From a virus: DNA of 64,000 bases. Positions within the stretch are counted from its first letter, which is position 1; each line of letters opens with the position of its first letter. The stretch is taken from the IMG/VR virus record IMGVR_UViG_3300049001_000029, positions 5,152 through 69,151 of that record, one strand, 5' to 3'. The translations under genes were made by a program, and so were the position numbers. The notes beneath the pieces are model-generated. The model was given only the letters and a program-made list of their open reading frames with translations, did not search any database and was not told where the DNA came from. Shown here one piece after another: positions 1 through 8,787 of this stretch.

Positions 1-29
1 CGCTCAGGAGTAGCTCTCGGGGGTGCGCA

Positions 30-656
30 GTGAAGCGCCCTGACCTGTTCCTCGCGCCGTCCGCCGTGTTCATCTTCGGTTTCGGAGCGTCGCTGGCGGC
101 CAACCTGCTGTGGACATGGTCGGGCGGCCCGGTGCGGGTTCTGGGCGGTGCGTTCGCTTCGATCGCACTACCAGCGGCTATCCACCTGTGGCCGAGGGTC
201 TATGCACCCGAGCGGCTGGTCCGGGGCCTGCGGAACCTGGTGATGGCCACGATCGCCGTCTTGGCCGCGACTACGACGTTCTGGCACGCGTCCTCACTGC
301 TGGTTGCGCACGGCGAGGAGGTCTGGCTCGCGCGGGCCTACCCGATCATGACCGAGCTACTGGTGGTTTTCGCCGTACTGGCCAATCGGACACCGCGCAA
401 GGTTGTCACGCCGGCCGCGCGGCGTGCGCCAAGCCAGGTTGCACCGAAGCCCACACCCGCCAAGACAAACCCCGGTTTGCTTGCACCCCCCACGCCACCG
501 AGCGAGATCACCGCCCACCGTGGCGACCGTGATGACCGGGTTGCGTGGCTACGCGGCCAGCCGGAGATGTCCTGGACGGATCAGGTGCGTGCGGTAGAGC
601 AGCAGTTCGGGGTTAGTCGGTCCACAGCTAAGCGCGTTGTCTCGGAGGTGGCGTGA
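30..656 (+). CDS. Membrane protein, DUF2637/Spd-like, with C-terminal HTH-like tail
   Basis: About four hydrophobic segments (ASLAAN..., IALPAAIHLW, IAVLAATTTF, TELLVVFAV), Pro-rich linker, C-terminal FGVSRSTAKR; upstream of TraB-like gene. Confidence 0.55.
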   Translation: MKRPDLFLAPSAVFIFGFGASLAANLLWTWSGGPVRVLGGAFASIALPAAIHLWPRVYAPERLVRGLRNLVMATIAVLAATTTFWHASSLLVAHGEEVWLARAYPIMTELLVVFAVLANRTPRKVVTPAARRAPSQVAPKPTPAKTNPGLLAPPTPPSEITAHRGDRDDRVAWLRGQPEMSWTDQVRAVEQQFGVSRSTAKRVVSEVA

Positions 657-928
657 TGGGTTTCCTTGGCTGCTACTGGGGCGAGAAGAACAACCCCGCC
701 AATCAAACTAATGATGCCGACTGGGAGCTGACCACTGTGCGGGTGTCGGCTCTGCGCTATGGCCACTCCCCGGACAAGCGCGGGGAACGCACCGACAAGT
801 GGGGCAAGGCTCCAATCCATGTCAAGCAGGGTTGGTCGGGCCTGGTGGTGCACAACGGAAACGATCGGCTCTACTACGCCAAACAGCGCGGCGACACCCA
901 CATCCAGGCTTGGGTAAAGAGGAACTGA
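653..928 (+). CDS. Small ParB/Srx-like N-terminal domain protein
   Basis: PIHV...VVHNGNDRLYYAKQRGDTHIQAWV resembles PI.V...DGHHRL.AA...G...I.A.V; GTGA overlap with upstream stop. Confidence 0.45.
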   Translation: MMGFLGCYWGEKNNPANQTNDADWELTTVRVSALRYGHSPDKRGERTDKWGKAPIHVKQGWSGLVVHNGNDRLYYAKQRGDTHIQAWVKRN

Positions 929-930
929 CG

Positions 931-2931
931 GTGACGATTCTGTCTTTCCCCAGCCGCGACTCTGAGCCAGACGACCAGCCGGCCGGTGCCGAGCTGGTGA
1001 CTGCCCCGCGTACCGCTCCGCAATCCGGGGCGGTACGCGGCTGGTTGGAGCGGCAGCCTGGGCTCCCGGACCGGCAGCGGCTGGCGGCCTCGGCGCGCTG
1101 GTGGACGCGCGAGGGGGCTAAGAAGCTGTTCACGCTGGCGTTGTGCGCGCCGTGGCTGGCGTTGCGCGAACTCCGCCCAATCACCCGTGGACTCGGCCGA
1201 TGCTTCTCGATATGGGCGAAATGGTGCGCGGTTGCTGATGTGCGGGACCTGCTGTCGGATGGGGAAGGCAACCCGAAGCTCGCAGCGGGATTGAAGCGCG
1301 AGGCGCGGCGCTCCGGGCGACGACGGATGTCGCTCGCGTTGGCGGTACTCCTGGCCGGTGTCGGGGTGTGGGCCTATTGCGTCTTCCCGGCGTACCTCGC
1401 GGCGGCTGGGTTCGTTCTGGTCGGTGTTTTCGACCTGGTGGGGCGGCGTGGCACCGAGAAGGTCGCCACCCCGTTGCCGGCGCCGGCACGGACCGTGTTG
1501 CGTGAGGGGGTGCCGTTGAACCAGATCACCGCGACCATTGTCGACACGGCCGCGCGGGAAGGGCTGGAGATCGGGATCGCCTCCCCGATGCGTTATGACT
1601 CCGCGCGCCGCGAGTACCGAGTGCAAATCTCGTGCCTAGACCTGATCGAGCCCAAGCATCTGCGGGCATTTGAACGGGGTATCGGCGCGGAAGACCACGC
1701 TGTTCGCAGCCTTGCTACCGACATGGCCACTACGAGGGAGTTGGTAATCCGCGACGGTGACCCGCTGGCCGAGGTGCCGGCCGCACCCTGGATCGACACG
1801 GGCAGCATTTCGCTGCAGGATGACCTGCTTGACCTGGGCGTGTCCATGACCGAGGTTGATTTCGCATTGAGCTTCGCCGGGCAGCACGTCAAGGTAATTA
1901 TGGGTACCGGTGGCGGGAAATCGACGTGGTTCCTGCGTAACTGTATTGATCGTCTCTCGGCGTGTCGGGATGTGGTGATCTGGGGTATCGACCTCACCAA
2001 CGGACCTGAGCTGCCGTTGTGGCGTGGCGTGATTCAGAAGCGGGCTTTCACGCCGGATGATGCCGAGGTGTTGCTGGGCGCCGCATTGGCTGAGATCGGA
2101 CGACGAGCGAAAATCCTTGCAGGCTTCGCCGAAGATGATGACCCATCCAATGACGACATTATTGAGTGGTGCAGTAAGCTCGGCCCGTGGCTAGACATCG
2201 TCATCGACGAGTTTTCCACCCTCGCCGAGTACAACGGGAAACCTCAAGGTGAGCTAGATTTACTGGGTCAGTGCAAGGAGATCATCCGCACTGGGCGCAA
2301 GCATGGTGTCTCGCTGGTGATGCTCGCACAGCGTACCGGGAACGAGGATTTCGGCTCAACGGTCATGACCAGTCAGGCGGGGGTAACCATTGCTGGGCCG
2401 TGTGCCCCTGACGATTCAGTGCGCGCGTTCGGGAAGGACAAACGTGACGACGGATGGACGCCGCACATTCTCAAGCCGGGTACGAAGGACAGCCCAAACG
2501 ACGCCGGAAAGTGTTTCGTCGAATCGCCGCGTCACCGCACTCCCGACATTTACCGTTGCTACGCCCCGATGTCAGCGGGTGAGGTGAAGCGCCGCGCCCG
2601 CCAGCGGATCGCCGATGGTCTCCCGAGCCTGCAGCAGGCCGGCAGCCACGGCGACCTACTCGACGAGGTTGAAGGCGCCATCGTGCCGCCGGTACTGGCC
2701 GCCGTCGAGCAGGCTTTCGCCGAGGCGGGCAATCCCGAGTGGATGGCCACGGCCGACCTGCTGTCCCTCGTGCAGGCGGCCGGCTTCCCGGAACTGACCG
2801 AGACGACTCTGGCTGCCGGCATCCCGGTGGACAAGAACGAGCCGGGGTCACGCCGCCGCCGGACCGGGGAGAAGAACCCCACACGCGGCTACCTGTTGTC
2901 CTCCATCCGATCCGCGATGGAGCAGCTATGA
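931..2931 (+). CDS. traB: FtsK/SpoIIIE-family TraB-like conjugative DNA translocase
   Basis: N-terminal TM segments; Walker A MGTGGGKST; Walker B IVIDEFS; RTGRKHGVSLVMLAQR; C-terminal winged-helix-like tail; GTG at 931 after AGAGGA RBS (ORF track starts at 799). Confidence 0.8.
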   Translation: MTILSFPSRDSEPDDQPAGAELVTAPRTAPQSGAVRGWLERQPGLPDRQRLAASARWWTREGAKKLFTLALCAPWLALRELRPITRGLGRCFSIWAKWCAVADVRDLLSDGEGNPKLAAGLKREARRSGRRRMSLALAVLLAGVGVWAYCVFPAYLAAAGFVLVGVFDLVGRRGTEKVATPLPAPARTVLREGVPLNQITATIVDTAAREGLEIGIASPMRYDSARREYRVQISCLDLIEPKHLRAFERGIGAEDHAVRSLATDMATTRELVIRDGDPLAEVPAAPWIDTGSISLQDDLLDLGVSMTEVDFALSFAGQHVKVIMGTGGGKSTWFLRNCIDRLSACRDVVIWGIDLTNGPELPLWRGVIQKRAFTPDDAEVLLGAALAEIGRRAKILAGFAEDDDPSNDDIIEWCSKLGPWLDIVIDEFSTLAEYNGKPQGELDLLGQCKEIIRTGRKHGVSLVMLAQRTGNEDFGSTVMTSQAGVTIAGPCAPDDSVRAFGKDKRDDGWTPHILKPGTKDSPNDAGKCFVESPRHRTPDIYRCYAPMSAGEVKRRARQRIADGLPSLQQAGSHGDLLDEVEGAIVPPVLAAVEQAFAEAGNPEWMATADLLSLVQAAGFPELTETTLAAGIPVDKNEPGSRRRRTGEKNPTRGYLLSSIRSAMEQL

Positions 2932-2943
2932 GAGGAGATCGAG

Positions 2944-3099
2944 ATGGGACTCAGGCAAAGGCTCGACTGGCATCGGGCGGAGTTGACCCCCAATGACCAG
3001 AAGCGGCAGCAGCGACGGGACGAGTACGACACCAAGTACGACATGTGCCACCACGGCACCCACCGCAAGGACGCCTGCCTCGGCGGCGAGGGGCGCTGA
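2944..3099 (+). CDS. Small hypothetical protein (51 aa, MGLRQRLDWH...)
   Basis: GAGAGGAG RBS then ATG at 2944, TGA at 3097-3099; below ORF-track cutoff. Confidence 0.55.
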   Translation: MGLRQRLDWHRAELTPNDQKRQQRRDEYDTKYDMCHHGTHRKDACLGGEGR

Positions 3100-3104
3100 C
3101 GGCG

Positions 3105-3287
3105 ATGGACTGCTCACGCTGTCACAAAGGGATCGACCCAACGGAAGCCCACATTGTCTACAACCGTCACATAGAGCAACTGACCCGTCGCCGTTACTGG
3201 TGGCAGCGACGGGTGATCGTGGTGCTGGATGCCGTGGATATGGATCACCGCCACGTCGAGTGCGATCCGCGAATGTCCGTCTTCTGA
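3105..3287 (+). CDS. Small hypothetical protein (CxxC...H..C)
   Basis: ATG 6 nt after the previous stop; MDCSRCHKGIDP... Confidence 0.5.
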   Translation: MDCSRCHKGIDPTEAHIVYNRHIEQLTRRRYWWQRRVIVVLDAVDMDHRHVECDPRMSVF

Positions 3288-3379
3288 CGGCACGCCCCGG
3301 CACATTGCAGGTGACGCGGTCCGGCACACCGGTGGCACTCCACCGATCTGTGCCGGCACATGTACCGGGGGTGTGCCGG
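3287..3379. repeat. Cluster of CCGGCACA/TGTGCCGG 8-mers; candidate clt (TraB recognition) locus
   Basis: CCGGCACA at 3297, 3321, 3353; TGTGCCGG at 3349, 3372; degenerate GGCAC copies near 3289 and 3334; intergenic, downstream of traB. Confidence 0.5.
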
Positions 3380-3381
3380 CC

Positions 3382-4134
3382 ATGATGGGGCGCTCTCACA
3401 GCATGTGCGGGCTCACGGTCGGGGTCTGCGCCGCCGGCCTGCTCGATCACGCTCCGTGGCCAGTGCGGCTGCTGCTCATCCCGGTGATGGGCGGCGCCGC
3501 ACTACTCCCGGACATCGACCATCCCTCGTCGCGGGTCGCCCGGTCGCTGGGGTTCGTCACCAAGTTCATCGCGGTCGGGGTGGCGGCGTTGAGCCTCGCC
3601 GTCTACCACGCAACGCGCACCGAGGCCGACGTGGCGAACCGGCACTCGGGTCACCGAACCCTCACGCACACGGTGCCAGGGTCACTGTTCTTCGGTCTCA
3701 TCGCCGGGGTCACCGTGTTGGCTCATCCGATAGCCGGCGCGGTGTTCCTGGCCCTACTGATCGGTCTCATGGCCCGAGGGTTCAAGACAGTTGGTACTGG
3801 GTTCACCCTCGCCGGTGGCGGTCTCGCCTGGTTCACCCTGACCCACTATCCGGGCTGGTGGTGGTTGTGGCCCTCCGTTGTGACCCTAGGTTCACTGACC
3901 CACATCGCCGGGGACTGGGTCACGAACTCCGGTGTGCCGATCTACTGGCCGCTGCTGCGTGATGACCGTCGCTGGTCCCTGCACCACGCGCCCATGACCT
4001 TCGCCACCGGCAAGGACTTTGAGACCGAGGTAGTGACCCCCGTGCTCGCGGTGAGCCTGACCCTGGCGGGTGGGTTCGCGGCGGGTCTGCCGCAGCTGGT
4101 CCTGCACTCGTGGGCGGTGGCTCATGGCCACTAG
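3382..4134 (+). CDS. Membrane metal-dependent hydrolase (YdjM-like)
   Basis: MMGRSH start, GAALLPDIDHPSS, HRTLTHT, HIAGDWVTNSGVPIYWP motifs; several TM helices. Confidence 0.85.
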   Translation: MMGRSHSMCGLTVGVCAAGLLDHAPWPVRLLLIPVMGGAALLPDIDHPSSRVARSLGFVTKFIAVGVAALSLAVYHATRTEADVANRHSGHRTLTHTVPGSLFFGLIAGVTVLAHPIAGAVFLALLIGLMARGFKTVGTGFTLAGGGLAWFTLTHYPGWWWLWPSVVTLGSLTHIAGDWVTNSGVPIYWPLLRDDRRWSLHHAPMTFATGKDFETEVVTPVLAVSLTLAGGFAAGLPQLVLHSWAVAHGH

Positions 4135-4660
4135 ACGGCGCCGCACGAAGCTGTTCAGGGGCCGTTCGCGCTCACGCCGGCACGCGCAGATGTCCGGGCT
4201 CTCGGGTATCTGGTTCGCCGTGGCGGCAGTGTGCGGTGTCCTGACAGTGTTCCTGGAGTCGATCACGCTGTGTGTGGTTTGCCTGGTCGCGCTGACCGCC
4301 GCCGTGATCTCGATGTTCTCCCCGGAGGCCGGTCAGATCGCCTCGCGTGCCGCCGTGCCGGCCAAAGCGGGGAACACCAAATCCGGGCCTACCCCCGGGG
4401 GTAGGCGTCCGGCGAGCAAGTCAGCCGCGAAGCCCGGCACAGTTGGCCGAAAGCCGCCGTGCGGGGCGCGCTGCCGGAGATCAACAAAGGACAAGAAGAC
4501 CTGCGACTGCATATGTCGAGGATCCGCTCACGGCTCCGAGGTGGGCCGTACCTACACCGGGTCACGCGCCGAGCTGCAATCGAAACAGCTGAAAGCCCAG
4601 GAACGAGCGCACGTCAAGGAGCATGAGCCGTGGAACACGCGAAGCCGACGCTCGTCCTAG
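4124..4660 (+). CDS. Membrane protein with C-terminal Cys/His cluster
   Basis: Basic N-terminus, two TM segments, CGARC...CDCICRGSAHG. Confidence 0.55.
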   Translation: MATRRRRTKLFRGRSRSRRHAQMSGLSGIWFAVAAVCGVLTVFLESITLCVVCLVALTAAVISMFSPEAGQIASRAAVPAKAGNTKSGPTPGGRRPASKSAAKPGTVGRKPPCGARCRRSTKDKKTCDCICRGSAHGSEVGRTYTGSRAELQSKQLKAQERAHVKEHEPWNTRSRRSS

Positions 4661-4872
4661 CGGCGCTGGGTGGTGTCGCCGGGGTGTCGAGCTTCCACCC
4701 GTCGATGGACCAGGCTATCTGCGCGTTCCTGCTCAGCGGCGTGGCCGCGTTGGTGCTGTTCGGGCTCGGCCGCTGGGTGCTGTGGGAGTACCTCGAACGG
4801 CGGGAATGCAGACGGCCGGTCCACCTGGCGTACCCGCACAAGCCGATCGAGAAGGAGCCGATCGGTGACTAA
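4630..4872 (+). CDS. Small membrane protein
   Basis: Two hydrophobic segments; AAGGAG RBS. Confidence 0.5.
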   Translation: MEHAKPTLVLAALGGVAGVSSFHPSMDQAICAFLLSGVAALVLFGLGRWVLWEYLERRECRRPVHLAYPHKPIEKEPIGD

Positions 4873-5074
4873 CGCGGTGATCCTGCTCGTTATCGGTTTG
4901 GTGGTGTGGCTTGCGCACTCGTGGCGGTATCCCTGGAAGCCCTGCAGCTGGTGCTCGGGTAATCCCACGAACAGGTCGCGTGGCGCGTTCAACGTCCGGT
5001 GCTGGTGGTGCGGCTCGACCGGGCGGCGCCGACGCTGGGGGGCTCGGCTGGTCGGACGGGGTTACGGAAGTTGA
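4865..5074 (+). CDS. TM-anchored CxxCxG zinc-finger protein (DnaJ-CR-like)
   Basis: TM helix then YPWKPCSWCSG...CWWCGSTGRRRR; AAGGAG RBS. Confidence 0.6.
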   Translation: MTNAVILLVIGLVVWLAHSWRYPWKPCSWCSGNPTNRSRGAFNVRCWWCGSTGRRRRWGARLVGRGYGS

Positions 5075-5099
5075 TGGGGTTGGAAGCATTGGGGTCGTG

Positions 5100-5273
5100 G
5101 TGACTGACCGGGAGCGTTTGGCTGTTGCGGCTCAGGACGCAACGCGGGAGTTGGCGGCCGTACGGGATGTGCTTGTGGGCGATCCGGTGTTGGGTCCGGA
5201 GCTGCAGCGCGCGGTCGTGTTGATGGCGTCGGTGGCGTTGTGGCTCAGTTGCGAGGAAGCGTTCCCGGGCTAG
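5100..5273 (+). CDS. Hypothetical protein
   Basis: Helical ORF MTDRERLAVAAQ...; start uncertain. Confidence 0.4.
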   Translation: MTDRERLAVAAQDATRELAAVRDVLVGDPVLGPELQRAVVLMASVALWLSCEEAFPG

Positions 5274-5494
5274 TCCGGGGTGGACGGAGTGTCGTCTAAC
5301 TTCCGAGCCCGGTCTGCTGGGATGTTCTCGGGTCGTCTAGGTGCCGCGCCTCGGCGGATGTACCAGCGGATGAGGTCACGGATGACGGCGGATGCCCCCC
5401 CGTGGCCGGTGGCTTGTTTGAAGTCGTTCCAGTCTTGTTGCCAGCGTGTCCCGGGTTCTCCTCGGAAGCTGTGGTGGGGTTCGCCTCGGTCCAT
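5270..5494 (-). CDS. Ribbon-helix-helix-like DNA-binding protein (leaderless)
   Basis: HSFR...WNDFKQAT...ASAVIRDLIRWYIR pattern; ATG 6 nt after TATACT -10. Confidence 0.6.
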   Translation of the reverse strand: MDRGEPHHSFRGEPGTRWQQDWNDFKQATGHGGASAVIRDLIRWYIRRGAAPRRPENIPADRARKLDDTPSTPD

Positions 5495-5529
5495 GATTTT
5501 AGTATAGCGGTGTTGGTACGCATCGTCTA
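5495..5529 (-). promoter_or_regulatory. Leftward sigma70-type leaderless promoter
   Basis: Minus strand TAGACG-N17-TATACT-N6-ATG. Confidence 0.65.
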
Positions 5530-5548
5530 GGTGAGCTGGTGTTGACCC

Positions 5549-5577
5549 TTGACTGTGTATGTACACACGGCTATACT
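5549..5577 (+). promoter_or_regulatory. Rightward sigma70-type promoter with palindromic operator in the spacer
   Basis: TTGACT(5549)-N17-TATACT(5572); TGTGTA-TG-TACACA at 5554-5567; ATG 6 nt downstream at 5584. Confidence 0.75.
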
Positions 5578-5766
5578 TGAGGCATGCAGAAGATGGGTGA
5601 GTGCGAGGATGAGGACGACTGGATTACGGAGGGCTGACATGACCGAGACCGTCACCGAGACAGGGCCCGATCATCGACAGGGATGCGCACGCCGGCCTAC
5701 CGGTGGGGTTGCTTCCGCTTCGTGTTCGCCAGGTACTTGCCGCCCTTGAGGGAAAGGCACTCTGAC

Positions 5767-6021
5767 ATGGACAAGGAACGGTTCGACGCGGCAACGGACG
5801 TGATCTACCTGGCCTACTGTGATGCCGACAATGATTTGGACCATGCATATTCCGTCGCATGCAACACGCTGCGCGCCGCCGCCGCGTTCCAGATCGAGCA
5901 GTACCAGGAACAGCTCGATGGGACTAAGAGGCTTATGCAAAACTCCCCAGCGGCCAGGCCCCACGCACCATCGATGCAGCTCAGCGGGCTCCGGGCTGGC
6001 AAGCACCTGGCTTCTGCATAA
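5767..6021 (+). CDS. Hypothetical protein
   Basis: GAAAGG RBS, MDKERFDAATD... Confidence 0.55.
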   Translation: MDKERFDAATDVIYLAYCDADNDLDHAYSVACNTLRAAAAFQIEQYQEQLDGTKRLMQNSPAARPHAPSMQLSGLRAGKHLASA

Positions 6022-6145
6022 ACCTCTAAGCCTGGTGCACGTTTCCAGATTCTGGAACTTCGTACCCGTATCGACACGCTGCGCAAGTTCGCGGGATTGC
6101 CGGCACCGAAATCGAGCAGTACGACCGTAGACGAGGAGAACTGAC

Positions 6146-6493
6146 ATGTTCGCCATAGGCAGGCACTACATTACGATTTGGCACAGTAGCGATGGCCACA
6201 CCACGGGGTATAGTTGCCAAGACTGCGCGATGACCGAGTCGGGTCCGTACTGGAATGACCACATAGCGGAAAATGCAGCGCGGACAAATCATCATTCTGT
6301 GAACGTGTCTGTGTTGAAGGATGGGCAGCCTTCCATCGCCGAAAGCGAGCAACGTCTCTATGCCGCGCTGGATCGTCTCCCTGACTCTGACGCCGTGACC
6401 GTGGACAAGACCGATTTGCGGGCTGTGCTATCCGAGCACAAGCGACTGAAGGATTTCGTAGCGCAGGTTCGCTCCCTGACTCTGACGCTGTGA
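6146..6493 (+). CDS. Hypothetical protein
   Basis: GAGGAG RBS; CxxC...H motif. Confidence 0.6.
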   Translation: MFAIGRHYITIWHSSDGHTTGYSCQDCAMTESGPYWNDHIAENAARTNHHSVNVSVLKDGQPSIAESEQRLYAALDRLPDSDAVTVDKTDLRAVLSEHKRLKDFVAQVRSLTLTL

Positions 6494-6543
6494 CCGCACA
6501 GTGACCCGTAATGAGTGGACGACCGGAGACAAGAAGGACTGAC

Positions 6544-6750
6544 ATGCGCAAGAAAGCGGAGAATGTACCGGTCGGGTCTACCATCCTTACCGGCAGGGGG
6601 AAAGCCGCCCGGGTGACCAAGCCATCGACCGTCACTCAGAATGATTTCACGGTACTGGGTCGTCGTTATCAGGGCCAGACGGTCACGGTGCATACCAACA
6701 AGGGCGACATCCTGACCACCTTGCCGTGCGATGTGGAAGTAGTGGACTGA
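6544..6750 (+). CDS. Hypothetical small beta-rich protein
   Basis: GAAGGA RBS, MRKKAENVPVG... Confidence 0.55.
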   Translation: MRKKAENVPVGSTILTGRGKAARVTKPSTVTQNDFTVLGRRYQGQTVTVHTNKGDILTTLPCDVEVVD

Positions 6751-6920
6751 CCATGCCTCTGACATGGACGAGTGCGAGATCGAGATTGATAGTTTTGCCC
6801 CGGAGGAGCAGCCTTTAGTCGCGGAGACTACGGGAACGGGAAGTGAGGCCAGGAAGGTCATGCGGTGAATCCCTTTCTCCATCCGATCCGCGATGGAGCT
6901 ACGAGAAGAGGAGACCAGGA

Positions 6921-7130
6921 ATGGGAAAGATCAGCAAAAGTGATGCCGCCGCGAGTGCCGCCCATCACCGAGCGTGGGAGAGGAAACATGCCGGCGATGC
7001 CAATCAAGCTCTCAGAGATGGCGACGGCGAGAGCGTCACGCTGCATCTCGAACGGGCAAACACTCAGGGTGGCCGTGCCGCTCTTGAAGAGGCTTACGCA
7101 CGAGGAGAAATCGACGACTACAACCTCTAA
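6921..7130 (+). CDS. Hypothetical protein
   Basis: GAGGAG RBS, MGKISKSDAA... Confidence 0.55.
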   Translation: MGKISKSDAAASAAHHRAWERKHAGDANQALRDGDGESVTLHLERANTQGGRAALEEAYARGEIDDYNL

Positions 7131-7141
7131 CAGCGCGGTGG

Positions 7142-7199
7142 AGTGAGCCCAGCGGGGATAGGCAGGTCTAGCCCTCGTCTATCCCCGCTACGGCTCACT
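7142..7199 (+). terminator. Long hairpin, probable terminator
   Basis: AGTGAGCC-C-AGCGGGGATAG ... CTATCCCCGCT-AC-GGCTCACT inverted repeat. Confidence 0.6.
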
Positions 7200-7244
7200 G
7201 AGCTGCACAAACCCGATTCCTAGCGTCTAAGGAGGCATCCCGCG

Positions 7245-7544
7245 TTGGACGTACTAGCCCTGGTCGGGGCCGTCTGGGTGGTCGGATACGTGATCACCTG
7301 CGCGGTGTGGCCCTACCGGCGGTGCGGGCGCTGCGAGGGCACCGGGAAGCGCCGTAGCCCGTCCGGGAAGGCGTGGCGGCCGTGCCGGCGGTGCGAGGAG
7401 AACGGCTCGACAGCGACACTCAGCGGCCGAGACCCGGCCGGCGCATCGACGTGCCCGGGTCTCGGCGGTAGCATCGGGAGACCTCTTCGCGGAGGACAAC
7501 GCCCCCGGTCGACGGACCGGGGGTTCCGCGCGGGGGTGGGATGA
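7245..7544 (+). CDS. Second TM + CxxCxGxG zinc-finger protein, 3' part possibly disrupted
   Basis: AAGGAGG RBS; TM then WPYRRCGRCEGTG...PCRRC; paralog-like to 4865-5074 but lacks GxG after the second CxxC. Confidence 0.55.
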   Translation: MDVLALVGAVWVVGYVITCAVWPYRRCGRCEGTGKRRSPSGKAWRPCRRCEENGSTATLSGRDPAGASTCPGLGGSIGRPLRGGQRPRSTDRGFRAGVG

Positions 7545-7566
7545 ATCCGCGAAGGTTGGTGTCGGC

Positions 7567-8787
7567 ATGGCCGATGATCTCGCCGGGTTGCCGATCGGCA
7601 CCCGCATCCAGAGAATCCGTGAGCGCACCGGGAAAACTCGGCCTGTGTTGGGGGGTCTGGTCGGGAAGTCAGAAGCGTGGCTCAAAAACATCGAGTCCGG
7701 GCGGCGGCGGCCTCCTTCCACCGAGATGCTGATCAGGCTCGCGGAGGTGCTCGGCTTGTCGAGTCTGCGCGACCTGATCGGAGACGACACCGAGCTGAAC
7801 CTTGACCGGCGGCCCATGCTCAACGTAGTGCCCCCTATCCGTGAGGCCATCGAACACCACATACTCGCGTTTCGCACCGAGCCAGCGCCCGATATGGCCG
7901 CTCTGCACGAGCGTGTCGCGCACGCCTGGCGGACCTGGCACGCCTCGATCCGGCCCCGCACTGACGCCGGGACGCTGTTACCAGCGCTGATCCGCGATAC
8001 CCGGCGCGCCGCCCGGGTTCTCGACGGCGACCCCCGGCGCCAGGCGAACATCGCACTAGCCGGCGTTTACGCACTGTGTGAGCAGGTGTTGGCGTGGGTT
8101 GCTGAGGCGCCGCTGCTGTGGTTGGCCGCTGACCGGTGCATGGACGCCGCAACCCAGGCTGACGACCCGGAAACGCTCGCCGCCGCCGCGTGGGTGTTGG
8201 GCAACGTGTGGCGCTCGACCGGTCGGGAGGACGACGCGTGGAACCTGACGCAGGATGCGTGCCGGCTGCTTGAGCCCCGCCTTGAGGCTGACGATCCGAG
8301 TGCGCGCGCGCTGTGGGGCTCCAACCAGCTGCATAGTGCTATCACGGCGGCCAGGTTGGGGCGTGAGGGTGACGCGTTGCGTTGCCTAGACCTGGCCGGT
8401 GGGATGGTCGAGCGGTTGCCCCGCGCCTACATGCATCCGTGGACGCTGTTCGGTGCGCCCAACGCGGCGTTGACCGCTGTGTCGGTGCAGGTGGACCTGC
8501 GCAAGTCTCGTGGCGCGTTGGACGCTGCCAGGCAGGTGGACCCTGACCAGTTGCACAGTATCGACCGCCGGGCGCGTCTCTGGCTGGAAACCGCGCGGGC
8601 CTACGCCGGCGCTCGGGACTACACCGGCGCCTTGCACGTCCTTGAGCGGGCGACGTCGGTGTCTGAGGAGTCGATGCGCTGCCATCCCCTGGCGCGGGGT
8701 TTGGCCAGCGAGCTCGTCACCTCGGGTGGTCCCTTGGTCGACCGTGAGTCTCGGGCTTTGGCTTCCCGTCTCGGGTTAGCGGTATAA
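7567..8787 (+). CDS. XRE-family HTH regulator with C-terminal TPR-like helical domain
   Basis: IGTRIQRIRERTGKTRPVLGGLVGKSEAWLKNIESGRR HTH_3 motif; Ala/Arg-rich helical repeats typical of actinomycete XRE-TPR proteins. Confidence 0.85.
   Translation: MADDLAGLPIGTRIQRIRERTGKTRPVLGGLVGKSEAWLKNIESGRRRPPSTEMLIRLAEVLGLSSLRDLIGDDTELNLDRRPMLNVVPPIREAIEHHILAFRTEPAPDMAALHERVAHAWRTWHASIRPRTDAGTLLPALIRDTRRAARVLDGDPRRQANIALAGVYALCEQVLAWVAEAPLLWLAADRCMDAATQADDPETLAAAAWVLGNVWRSTGREDDAWNLTQDACRLLEPRLEADDPSARALWGSNQLHSAITAARLGREGDALRCLDLAGGMVERLPRAYMHPWTLFGAPNAALTAVSVQVDLRKSRGALDAARQVDPDQLHSIDRRARLWLETARAYAGARDYTGALHVLERATSVSEESMRCHPLARGLASELVTSGGPLVDRESRALASRLGLAV

Noticed and set aside
931-2931. Chromosomal FtsK or type VII secretion EccC
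   Set aside because: Single ATPase domain, mobile-element context, no cell-division or ESX neighbours
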